Below, piece by piece: positions 52,481 through 64,000 of a stretch of 64,000 bases of DNA. Where the stretch lies: the NCBI RefSeq assembly GCF_006345805.1, contig NW_021836297.1, forward strand, positions 1-64,000, given 5' to 3'. A program made the translations under genes and the position numbers. Below the pieces are notes generated by a model, which did not search any database, was not told the DNA's origin, and saw nothing but the letters and a program-made list of their open reading frames with translations. This stretch comes from Octopus sinensis (taxonomy: Eukaryota). How positions within the stretch are numbered: the stretch's first letter is position 1; the number at the start of each line of letters is the position of its first letter.

Positions 52481-53390
52481 GAAGTTAATCGCATGTGTGT
52501 TGGTAATCACGTATGTATATGTATGTATGTGTGTATACAGGTGTGCGTATGCGTGTGTAGGTAGGTAATCACGTGTGAGTGTGCGCATATGTGGGCCTGT
52601 GTGTATGTGTAGTTAATCACAGGTGTGTGTGTGTGCATGTGTGTATGTATGTGTGTGAAGTTAATCGCATATGTGTTGGTAATCATGTATGTATATGTGT
52701 GTATGTGTGTATACAGGTGTGCATATGCGTGTGTAGGTAGGTAAACACGTGTGAGTGTGTGCATATGTGGGTGTGTGTGTGTGTGTAGTTAATCACAGGT
52801 GTGTGTGTGTGCATGTGTGTATGTATGTGTGTGAAGTTAATCACATGTGTGTTGGTAATCACGTATGTATATGTGTGTATGTGTGTATACAGGTGTGCAT
52901 ATGCGTGTGTAGGTAGGTAAACACGTGTGAGTGTGTGCATATGTGGGCCTGTGTGTGTGTGTGTAGTTAATCACAGGTGTGTGTGTGTGCATGTGTGTAT
53001 GTATGTGTGTGAAGTTAATCACATGTGTGTTGGTAATCACGTATGTATATGTGTGTATGTGTGTATACAGGTGTGCATATGCGTGTGTAGGTAGGTAATC
53101 ATGTGTGAGTGTGTGCATATGTGTCTGTGTCTGTGTGTGTGTGTGTGTGTAGTTAATCACAGACGTGTCTGTATGTGTGCATGTGTGTCTGTATGTGCGT
53201 GAAGTTAATCGCATGTGTGTTGGTAATCACGTATGTATATGTGTGTATGTATGTATACAAGTGTGCGTATGCATGTGTAGGTAGGTAATCATGTGTGAGT
53301 GTGTGCATATGTGTCTGTGTCTGTGTGTGTGTGTGTGTAGTTAATCACAAGTGTGTGTATGTGTGTGCATGTGTGTATGTATGCGTGTCT
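52481..53390. repeat. TG-derived minisatellite with 176-190 bp period, five units
   Basis: GAAGTTAATC at 52481, 52657, 52833, 53011 and 53201. Confidence 0.9.
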
Positions 53391-53599
53391 GTGTGTCTAT
53401 GTTCTTTATTTTAGTAAACTTGGTAAACACATGGGAGTGCTTCGCGTGTCACACATCATGTGGCTAATGCCACATTCACACATGTAGTTAACCACACGAA
53501 ATACACTCCAAGATGTGAACTGCGACACGCAGAACAGCGACTACACACGTTCGCACGCGCATACAGGCACACACATTCCATACAAAGACAGCAGCAATA

Positions 53600-53785
53600 A
53601 CAAATACTACCACTACCACTACCACTACTTCTACAACTACCACCACTACTGCTGCTGCTGCTACTACTACTACAACATCAACAAATAGAGCAACAACAAC
53701 GACCACAACTACTACGACTACGACTACTACTACAACTACTACTACTATTACTACCACTACTACCACTACTACTACTACTACTACC

Positions 53786-53820
<35 letters not shown>

Positions 53821-54190
53821 CACTACTACTACTACTACCACTACTACTACTACTAACCACTACTACTACTACTAATACAACTACTACCACTACTACCACT
53901 ACTACTACTAATACTACCACTACTACTACTACTACTACTATTACAACTACTACTACTACTACTAATACTACTAATACTAATACTACTACTACAGTTACAA
54001 CAACACCATCACCAACAGCAGTACTGCTACTGCTACTACAACTACTACAACTACTACTGCTGCTACTACACAACTACCATGACAACAGCAACAGACAATG
54101 ACCACAAATAAAACAACAACCACCTCAACAACAACTACAACTACTTCTACCACTACTACCAACACCACCACCATCAGCAGCTACTACTAC
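53600..54190. repeat. (CTA/CAA/CAC)n trinucleotide tract
   Basis: Direct reading. Confidence 0.95.
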
Positions 54191-54650
54191 TTTTTCTTTG
54201 GATAGTGTTCTATATATGGTATTGTCCCATGTTTTTTCTTCTATGTCTGTCCGTGCCATGGCTTTGTCCAGAAGAATGTTGTAGCAGAAGAAGGAAGCAC
54301 GATATCCAACATTGCGATGGAATATCAACGACCCACACATTAACAGCGAGGACATACCCAGCACGTTACCCTTGGGCGCGGCTGGAAACCACTAGAATAC
54401 AATATAATTTGTATTCTGTGCTAATGTTTGTTTACTACGACCTCAATTTTGTTCTCTTCTTTTTTCTGGACAATAGGAACTGATTACAAACTATCAACTT
54501 CGATCTAAGTTGGACAGGTAACTTTAACGAACGTAAAGAACCCAGGGCTGTGGCTTTGGCTTAAGAATAAAGAATGGTCGAATTTGGCTATTTTGGGTAC
54601 CAAAAGTAACTGAAATGATTAATCGGTTAATGAGAGAAAATGTACAAAAG

Positions 54651-54683
54651 TGGAAGCACTCCGTCGGTTACGACGACGAGGGC
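54651..54683 (-). mobile_element. 33-bp retro-insertion of the family C 3' end with 10-bp TSD
   Basis: TGTACAAAAG at 54641-54650 and 54684-54693 flank TGGAAGCACTCCGTCGGTTACGACGACGAGGGC. Confidence 0.85.
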
Positions 54684-54760
54684 TGTACAAAAGAAATCCT
54701 TGCTTGGAGCTAAAGAGAAGGAACTGAGATGTTCAAATAGAACTAAATAAAGCAGATTTA

Positions 54761-55344
54761 GGCGCAGGAGTGGCTGTGTGGTAAGTAGCTTGCTAACCAA
54801 CCACATGGTTCCGGGTTCAGTCCCACTGCGTGGCATCTTGGGCAAGAGTCTTCTGCTATAGCCCCGGGCCGACCAATGCCTTGTGAGTGGATTTGGTAAA
54901 TGGAAACTGAAAGAAGCCTGTCGTATATGTATACAGGCGCAGGAGTGGCTGTGTGGTAAGTAGCTTGCTAACCAACCACATGGTTCCGGGTTCAGTCCCA
55001 CTGCGTGGCATCTTGGGCAAGTGTCTTCTGCTATAGCCTCGGGCCGACCAAAGCCTTGTGAGTGGATTTGGTAGACGGAAACTGAAAGAAGCCTGTCGTA
55101 TATATGTATATATATATGTATATATGTGTATGTGTGTGTGTTTGTCTCCCTAGCATTGCTTGACAACCGATGCTGGTGTGTTTACGTCCCCGTCACTTAG
55201 CGGTTCGGCAAAACAGACCGATAGAATAAGTACTGGGCTTACAAAGAATAATTCCCGGGGTCGATTTGCTCGACTAAAGGCGGTGCTCCAGCATGGCCGC
55301 AGTCAAATGACTGAAACAAGTAAAAGAGTAAAAGAGTAAAAGAG
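54761..55344 (+). mobile_element. SINE family A with tandemly duplicated 175-bp head
   Basis: GGCGCAGGAGTGGCTGTGTGG at 54761 and 54936. Confidence 0.92.
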
Positions 55345-55373
55345 ATTATTTGTCAAACACCGATATATCGATG

Positions 55374-55610
55374 GGTGTGGTCAGTGGTCTAATGGTTAGG
55401 ATGTTGCACTTGCTACCGTGGTTTCGATTTCCGGGCCGGTCAGTGCGTTATATTCTTCAGCAAAACACTTCATTTCTCGTAGCTCCAGGCTATTCAGCTG
55501 TAACTGAACAATACTGAGATGGCCAGGCGTCCCGTCTAGGGGTCAAATATATTGTGATCTCGGTCACTGTATAAGCCATGGGAATCGGGTAACTGACCCA
55601 GTGAGTGATA
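55374..55610 (+). mobile_element. SINE family D head/body with family-E-type tail
   Basis: GTTTCGATTTCC..CAGCAAAACACTTCATTTC..GGCGTCCCGTCTAG; a similar copy lies at about 57030-57270. Confidence 0.6.
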
Positions 55611-55639
55611 GTATACGAAACTAATATCCAGGGGTTGAT

Positions 55640-56062
55640 ACCTATTTCTTTATTACCCACAAGGGGCTAAACACAGAGGGGACAAACAAGGACAGACATA
55701 GGTATTAAGTCGATTACATCGACCCCAGTGCGTAACTGGTACTTAATTTATCGACCCCGAAAGGATGAAAGGCAAAGTTGACCTCGGCGGAATTTGAACT
55801 CACAACGTAACGGCAGACGAAATACCGCAAAGCATTTTTATTTCTTTATACCCACAAGGGACTAAACACAGAGAGGACAAACAAGGACAGACAAACGGAT
55901 TAAGTCGATAATATCGACCCCAGTGCGTGACTGGTACTTAATTTATCGACCCCGAAAGGATGAAAGGCAAAGTCGACCTCGGCGGAATTTGAACTCACAA
56001 CGTAACGGCAGACGAAATACCGCAAAGCATTTCGCCCGGCGTGCTAACGTTTCTGCCAGCTC
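55640..56062 (-). mobile_element. SINE family B with tandemly duplicated body
   Basis: Two near-identical bodies sharing the variant GAACTCACAACG..CCGCAAAGC. Confidence 0.9.
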
Positions 56063-56479
56063 ATCGCTGATGAATATATCGGTGTCTTAAACGTGACTTT
56101 CAGAATAAGCAGAAAGTTTCCTTCACGGTCAAACAAAGTATAGATCATTTTTATGGATACTGTATTTAACTTACGGAAATTAAAGCAATTCCATATAAAA
56201 TACGTTCTCAAAATGGTTGTATTAAAAATAGGATCATTAATATATTTTAATTAAATTCATCGATGTTTAAGCCAGCTCATAGTGAAAGAAAGCGGAATAC
56301 TGGTCTACATAACAAAACAAAGCTTGCTGCTATAAAGAACGTATAAGACAATTCTGCGTGAATATTGGATATGGGTAAACCACGTCTCGCTGTTGGTGGC
56401 TCAGGGTAAATTTTCTTCTTCCATTCACACGCTTCACTTTTCAAGACTACCACAAATGCATTTTGGAGGTGACAGCGCG

Positions 56480-57025
56480 TAGTTAGTTAGTTAGTTAGTT
56501 AGTTCATTTTTTGGCTCAAAAAGCAAAAAAGCAAGGCCATGTAGGGGGAAATGGAGTTATCTACAGGGTGGTGTTCATGTAAAGAGTTCTGGCCATTTCT
56601 GGTCAAGGGAGACTTTGAACCGAGCGGTCGTCTGCATCTTCACTATCTCGTCCGGCTTATTCCACGGATCCGCAATCCGGACGGAGAAAGCCCCTCTCAT
56701 TCGATTGAGATGAAATCGTCGCAAATAGAGCTTTTCGGAATGACCCCGCAGCCGACACTGCGGGAGCAGGAGTGAAGAACAGCTCTTTCGAGAGGTTACA
56801 CTTTCCGCTTATGATGTTGTGAGCAAGAATGAGATCACCACGGCGTCGTCGTTTTTCTAGAGAATAAAGGTCGAGCGTCTTCAGCCTTTCTTCATAAGAC
56901 AAATTCTTGAGACCAAGAACCATGCGGGTAGCCAGCTTCTGAACTCTTTCGCGATGCTGTATGTCTTTGAGGAGATAAGGAGAAGAGGCTTGAATCCCGT
57001 ACTCCAATATGGGTCTCACCAGCGT
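56480..57025 (-). mobile_element. Second 5'-truncated CR1 3' end
   Basis: Colinear with 51147-51690, with small frameshifting deletions; (TAAC)n tail. Confidence 0.92.
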
Positions 57026-57289
57026 GAGACTAGTGGTTAAGGGTGGGGACTTGCACTTATGATCATAAGATCGTTGGTTCGATTTCTAGACCGGTCGATG
57101 CGTTATGTTCTTAGGCAATACACTTCATATGACGTTGCTCCAATCCTCTCAGCTGTAAATGAGTGACTCCGGCAAAGGGCTGGCGTCCCGTTCAGAGGTA
57201 ACATTGCGATCTCGGTCACATATACGCCGTGGAAACCGGTTAACCAGGCCCAATGACTCCTAGCGCTCAAAACGATCCAGGAGTAGTTG

Positions 57290-57321
<32 letters not shown>

Positions 57322-57599
57322 TTCTTCCAATCAGGACTCACGCCATTAGCCACAAAGAATAATCTCTAACTCGAGCCTACTCTAAGCTACTAAGAATGCG
57401 TGTGGCAACTTGAAGATCCGCCCACCACTCCCGATAGACTGGCGGTTGCACGGGCGCGAAAGCTACGTTGTTATCCTCATTCCGTAATCGGTGACTTTTA
57501 ATGGGTGGAAAGCTAAACCATCCTGGGGTACACAGGATTCGCAATCTAGACTAGGGTCTGAAAGTTTACACCATGGTTCCTCTGCTTTGTGGCAGAAGT

Positions 57600-57785
57600 A
57601 GGAAGAAAGAGTGAAAGTTGTGGTGAAAGAGTACAGCGGGGTTCACCACCCCTCCCAGCCTGAGCCTCGGGGAGCTTAGGTGCTTTTGCTCAATAAACAC
57701 TCACAATGCCCGGTCTGGGAATCGAAACCGCGTTCTTACGCCCGCGAGTCCGCTTCCCTAACCACTGGGCCATTGCGCCTCCACT
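57600..57785 (-). mobile_element. SINE family C/E head and body, tail missing
   Basis: CCCGGTCTGGGAATCGAAACCGCG..AACCACTGGGCCATTGCGCCTCCAC. Confidence 0.8.
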
Positions 57786-58551
57786 GGCGTAGGTGTTGCC
57801 ATTGACGGTGATGATAATGATCATCATCATGATAACGATGATGATGATGACATGTCTATTTCGTTCCGCATCGGTGCGTTTCAATTCCGCGATGCAAGCA
57901 GCGAGGGCAGCTCGCCCAATTTCCTCGGGGGTCGTTTAAAAGAATCTATTTGTTTGTTTTTGTTGTTTTCCTTGTTTGCGTTTTTTTTTCTTTCTTTTCT
58001 CCTTCTCTCGATCTTTCGACAATTCAATCAAATTTATTGATTGTTCCATTAATTTAAATGTAAAAACCTACATTTGAAAATATTTTTATTGGAATTGTTT
58101 CAACACTGCAATATTATACCGGAAGTGAACCCGAAGCCATGTAGTTAGGAAGTAAACTTCTTACCACACAGCCACCCCTGCGTCTATGATATATATATGT
58201 ATTCATAAAGCGGTATGTACACACACACACACACACACATACACACACATGCATTCACTGGTGTATATACTTGTAATATGTGTTTGTTCGTATTGGAATT
58301 TGCTTTTGTGTAGAATACTTTAAAAAAAAAACTATTATCGTCACTGACATCATAATCATTATCATCATCATCATCATCATCATCATCACCAATATCTATT
58401 ATCAATCAATGTTTATTATCCTCATATATTATCAAGATTATCATGTACACACACACACATACTGATATACATCTCTCTCTCTCTCTCTCTCTCCTCTTAT
58501 ATATATATATATATATATCTATTTATTATATATATATATATATATATATAG

Positions 58552-58594
<43 letters not shown>

Positions 58595-59101
58595 ATATAT
58601 ATAAAACCGTACATAAAATATAATATCCTGATGAGGAACTTCATTTCAAAAAGCCTGCTCAAAGCAAACTTGTAAATTATTTTCACATAACATAGATGAC
58701 GGAATCTATATTTTAACTATTAAAATATTTTTAATAGTTGAAATGCTAATGAAATTTGCTCACTGATGATTACATTCGATATTATCCATATGTCATCCTA
58801 ATTTTTATGTAAGAGAGCACACTTTAATTAATTGAGCAAGTCGTGTTCACCTCTTCTCGTAATTAAATACGAAATACGCTACTCTATGAAAGCAAACGAA
58901 TTACATTTCGTTGTTGTGATCCATAGTATTCGATAAGTTACGGATCTGGTGTTTGCGGTATCAAGTCTGAACCTGTTTTTGTCGATAATAAACCCGATAC
59001 TTAACTGCGTCTTAAAACAAAACAACAACAACAAAAAAACGCACAATTTTCTGTTTCTCAACAGAAAACCATAATCTCGTATCCGTTGTAAGATTGTATG
59101 T

Positions 59102-59488
59102 GGAAGCACTCCGTCGGTTACGACGATGAGGGTTCCGGTTGATCCGAATCAACGGAACAGCCTGCTCGTGAAATTAACGTGTAAGTGGCTGAGCACTCCA
59201 CAGACACGTGCACCCTTAACGTAGTTCTCGGGGATATTCAGCGTGACACAGAGAGTGACAAGGCCGGCCCCTTGAAATACAAGTACAACAGAAACAGGAA
59301 GTAAGAGTGAGAGAAAGTCGTGGTGAAAGATTACAGCAGAGATCACCACCATCCCCTGCCGGAGCCTCGTGGAGCTTTGTTAGGTGCTTTCGCTCAATAA
59401 ACACTCACAACGCCCGGTCTGGGAATCGAAACCGCGATCCTATGACCGCGAGTCCGCTGCCCTAACCACTGGGCCATTGCGCCTCCAC
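59102..59488 (-). mobile_element. SINE family C, full length, 12-bp TSD
   Basis: AAGATTGTATGT at 59090-59101 and 59489-59500. Confidence 0.92.
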
Positions 59489-59889
59489 AAGATTGTATGT
59501 AAGACAAGCAAACCGGAGTTCTGCAACCGGTAGGCTACACTGCGTAGGCAGCACCAACCGTGGTCGTCAAAAGCCAAGCAACAGAAAACGACATCAAGTC
59601 TGAGATACCGACTTTCAAACGACACCCGGTTACATCCACACCGGGGCTTATTTTATCAAAGGCTAATTGTTGTGTTGAGTCAAAAGTTTTGCAATATTTT
59701 GGTAACATTCATTTTATTCTGTTGTGTCTGGGAAGAGTCATTTTCTTTTTGTGCCTTATAATATAACACACTCACCGGTAAAATTTCCACTTATTTCTTA
59801 TTTTTATTTTCCTAAAATTTTCGTTGCATCTTGTAAACTTTTCAATAGTTTTCATTTTATTCGTCAACTCAAAACAAAAGAAGCCCGGC

Positions 59890-60068
59890 ATTCAGTGTAG
59901 AGGCCATCGTGTTGCACCGTCTGAAACCATCTTTCTGCCGGTTCTTTTGATTCCACGCTGATACGAGTTCTTCTTCCTTTGAGGCGAGGAACTCTTTTGC
60001 TGAAGCTTCCGTCTCCTCTTGGTTGATGAAGCGTCGAGTTCTTCGCCTCGAAGGACAAGAACTGGCAT
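59890..60068 (-). pseudogene. Mariner transposase C-terminal relic with a local inverted duplication
   Basis: Mixed frames RRFINQEETEASAKEFLASK / NSYQRGIK / ERWFQTVQHDGLY match the mariner C-terminal F..GI..L..RW......G.Y pattern. Confidence 0.7.
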
Positions 60069-60229
60069 CTAAAAATATTAGCCAAATATCAGGAGATATT
60101 TCATCTTTCCTCGACGCTCTGCCGATTCGGCCAATTCCATAAATATATTTCGAAATTGTGAATTGGGAGGAAACTAGACACGAACGTTTAGATTTCATAA
60201 TTCTCGTTTGCGCATGCGCGCCCGTACGT

Positions 60230-61710
60230 GTGCGTGTGCGTGTGTGTGATAGGGAGAGAGGAGAGGGGTGAGTAAGAGTATGGGAAAGAGAGTACATGTG
60301 TGTGTGTGTATGTGTGTGTGTGTGTGAGTATATTAAGGATAGGTGTATTTATGTGTGTGTACATATGTGGGTCAATAGAAAGTGCGTGTGTGTGTGTATG
60401 CGATAGAGGGAAGTGCTATGGATGTGTGAGCGAGAGAGAGAGCGTGTGTGTATATGTGTATTTATACGAGTGTAGGTGAGTGGGTATCTGCACAGGTGTG
60501 TGAGAGAGTATTTGCATGTGCGTATGTCTAGAGAAAGTGTGTATGTATGTATATATGTGTGTTAGAGAAAGATTGTGGATGTATATGTGTGTTACTGTGT
60601 GTGTATATATATTTGTGCATGGAGGCGTATGTGTATGAGTGAGAGAGGGAGTGTGTGTATGTGTGTTTTTTAATGAGTGTGTGTTATATATGTGTGTGTG
60701 TGTGGATGAGTGTATATATATATATGTGCGTGTGTGTGATATAGTGTGTATATGTGTGTGTTTGAAAGAGGCAGTGTGAGAGAGTGAGTGTGTGTGTGTG
60801 TGTATTTAGATAATGACTGTGTGTGGTTGTGTGGCTTTGTGAAAGACAGAGTGTGTGTATGTATATTTATATGTGTGTGTGTGAGTGTATGTGTGTGTGT
60901 GAGAGAGAGAGTATATATATGGAGGTAAATGTGTGTATATGCGTGTGTTTGAAAGATAACATGTGTGTAATTGTGTGTGCTTGAAAGAGAATGTGCATGT
61001 GAGAGAGCGTGTGTGTGTGTGGTGTGTGTGTGTGTGTGCGTGTGTGTCTATATAATGTATGTGTGTAGTCATGTTGCTAGGTGAGAGAGTGTGTATGTAT
61101 ATGTATATATATATGTGTGTGTGTGTGAGTATACATGTGTGTAGATGTGTGAGTATATGTGTATATATGTATGTGTGTGTATGCAAGCGTGTCAGACTAC
61201 TGGTTATGTGTGTGCATATATGTATGTATGCGTGCGTGTGTGTATGTATGCAGGACTGTGTCAGACTTCTCCTCGCTATATGTGTACGTATATGTGTGTG
61301 TGCACCTGTGTGTGTGTGTGCAGGACTGTGTGTACGTATATGTGTGTATGCACCTCTGTATGCATGTGTGTGTGTGAGTGTGTGCGCGTGTGTGTGTGCG
61401 GGGTGTGTGTGTGTGTGTGAGTGTGTGTGCGTGTGTGCATGAATGTGTCAGACCTCTCCTGGCTATGTGTGTACGTATATATGTGTGTGTGCACCTCTGT
61501 GTGTGTGTGTGTGTGTGTGTGCGTGTGTGTGTGTGTACAGGACTGTGTCAGACCTCTCCTGGCTATATATGTACGTATATGCGTGTGTGTGTGCACCTCT
61601 GTATGCATGTGTGTGTTGTGTGTGTGTGTGTGTGTGAGTGTGTGTGTGTGCGTGTTTGAGTGTAAGTGTGTGCGTGCGTGTGTGCAGGAATGTGTCAGAC
61701 CTCTCCTGGT
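60230..61710. repeat. TG/GA low-complexity field ending in a minisatellite with recurring TGTGTCAGACCTCTCCTGG
   Basis: Direct reading. Confidence 0.9.
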
Positions 61711-62139
61711 TAAATAATAAACACGAAAAGAAACAAACAATTTGCAGATAACAAAATGTGTCTTCACCACCGAAATTGTTCTGCATCTTGAAAGGTTTGC
61801 CTTTTCGTACAGACTACAAACATCGACACAACTATTCTTACTTTTAACCTGAAAGAATCGAGGTAATTATTTTCTCAAAGCATCTCTCTTAACAATAGGT
61901 TCCTCTGTGTTGTATTCCTCTTTAGAATCGCTCCATTCATTTTAACTGCCGACAAAGAAATCTACTAGAAGATTCCAGAACAAATAAAATAAAAAATTGT
62001 TAAAAAAAACTGAAATACGATGAAAAAATTACAAAAAAAATACATCAACGAACGTGAACATAGAATAATAAAACAATGGCGGTTTAATTTCAGACAACTT
62101 ATTGTGCGTTGTTGACCATTTAACAAATTATTTATTCAT

Positions 62140-62310
62140 TAGTCTAAGAAACTTGCTTTGCAATACGTCGTGGTTTCAGGTTCAGTCCTACTGCGTGGTA
62201 TCTTGGGCAAGTGTCTTCTACCACAGCCTCGGATCGACCAAGGCCTTGTGAGTAACTTTGGTAAACAGAAACTGTGTAGGAGTCGTCGTGATAAACACGC
62301 ACATACATCT

Positions 62311-62371
<61 letters not shown>

Positions 62372-62396
62372 CAGATAGACGGACAGACGGACAGAC

Positions 62397-62454
<58 letters not shown>

Positions 62455-62455
62455 G

Positions 62456-62537
<82 letters not shown>

Positions 62538-62740
62538 TGTGTACATCCGTATTTCTGTCTGTTTGCCACCTTCCTCACCACTTGGCACCCGCTGTTGGTT
62601 TGTTTATTTTCCTACAACTTAGCGATCCGTCAAATTACGGGATAGAATATTTACGTAACTTACAAAAATCATAGGTACTGGAGTCCGCTATAACTTTCAA
62701 GGCGGTGCCCCAGCATGGCCGCAGTCCAATATCTGAAAGA
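62140..62740 (+). mobile_element. Diverged SINE family A carrying an internal (GATA)n array
   Basis: Head about 62140-62290, (GATA)n 62310-62536, tail with GGCGGTGCCCCAGCATGGCCGCAGTC. Confidence 0.8.
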
Positions 62741-63464
62741 ATTAATGCGTAAAAGGCAATTAGCATACAAATCTACATCGGGGTACAAAGATCCGTGAAA
62801 ATTGAAACATATATCTGCCAATGCCAACAACATCTTTAAACAGCTTTCGTTTTCTGTTTGGGTGCAGAAGTCTTTATAACATTTAATACGGCCTGCCGTC
62901 TCGTTGCGAAGGTAGTATCCAGAAAAGCCTTGATACTGGGCTTCTCTTGAAAGCCCAACACCTCTCATGGCGTGAGCACAAATCTAAGTAGGAGAATAAT
63001 GAAAAACAATCCATTTGTCTATAACATTGCTGCTCAATAACGTCTTAATAATAATTATCGTACTAAAAAATGTTATTTAATCAAGTAATATAATAATTAT
63101 TATAGTAAAAATTATAATTATATTGGGTGATAATAATTTAGCGATATTTTATTATCGTAAAAATGGTAATTATATTGGATAATAATAGTCTAGGTATATT
63201 TATTGCAGTAAAATTTGTAATTATATAAAGTAATGATATTTAATGACGTTTGTTATAGGAAAAATTGCAATTATATTGTATAATAATATATTAATAATAT
63301 TGTTGGATCTTACACGACAATAGCAAGAATATGTCTGTTTTAACTTTGGCAAAGCGTGAGTAGGTATTTTAAAGAGGTTTTGCAGTTAATTGTAGCAATT
63401 TGGCCGGCCATGTTGGTTTGAGCTCTCCGTTGGAACGCGCACGTTAGAAAAACTACAAGTGCAA

Positions 63465-63622
63465 GCATGGTTGAGTGTTTAAGAAGCTCCCTTTGCAACC
63501 ACGTAGTTTCAAGTTCAGTCCCACAGCGCCGTACCTCGGGCAAGGTTTTTCAACTATTTAGTCCCGAGCCGACCATTGATTTGTGAGTGAATTTGGTAGA
63601 CGGAAACTATGTGAAAGCCCGC
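63465..63622 (+). mobile_element. SINE family A head fragment
   Basis: GTTCAGTCCCAC..GGGCAAG..TTGTGAGTGAATTTGGTAGACGGAAACT. Confidence 0.7.
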
Positions 63623-64000
63623 TCATCCTTCTCTCGCTTTCTTACTTTCTAACTTAGTCATATTGTGTCTCAACTTACATTTCTACTATCCCACTTTGCA
63701 ACAGCCTCTTTACACAAGGCCTTCAATGTAAACATACGTCGTACATTCGCCATTGATTCTACTTCATTTCTCCTACAAGTCTTATTAGTTTTACTTATCT
63801 CTCATAGAAGTGTATAACTCGAAATGTTAGATCCTTATCTATTCCGTTCATTGACGCATATTTTCATTATATATATACAAATATCTCCATTATACACATT
63901 CATGCTCATTGTGCACATTCTTTTATTATTATTGTTTTTCATCACACACTTAATTTCATGAATTTCATATACTGTGCCTTTGTATACCTCCGCTTTGCTT

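Noticed and set aside
62669-62968. 99-aa minus-strand ORF
   Set aside because: The end is SINE A tail; the rest has no motif I can recognise with confidence.

Overview
Repeat-saturated, AT-rich eukaryotic non-coding DNA (intronic or intergenic). The SINE families and the very high microsatellite load strongly resemble an octopus (coleoid cephalopod) genome. I could not support any host protein-coding gene; almost all ORFs in the track are translations of microsatellites or SINEs. The window holds several tRNA-derived SINE families (my labels A-E), many with target-site duplications (TSDs), and four mariner relics, one full-length with TIRs. It also has hAT-like and piggyBac-like MITEs, a non-autonomous Helitron, fragments of RTE, CR1, L1/Tx1, R4/Dong and Penelope-like retroelements, and several tandem arrays. 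The best hidden signal is a type I hammerhead ribozyme fold with an intact catalytic core on the minus strand at 49019-49098. Several decayed hammerhead-like motifs also occur, two of them next to Penelope-like remnants. Other points of interest are head/tail module swapping among SINEs, a two-SINE composite inside one TSD, fold-back hairpins at LINE 5' junctions, and a twin-priming-like inversion. All calls were made by eye without database searches.
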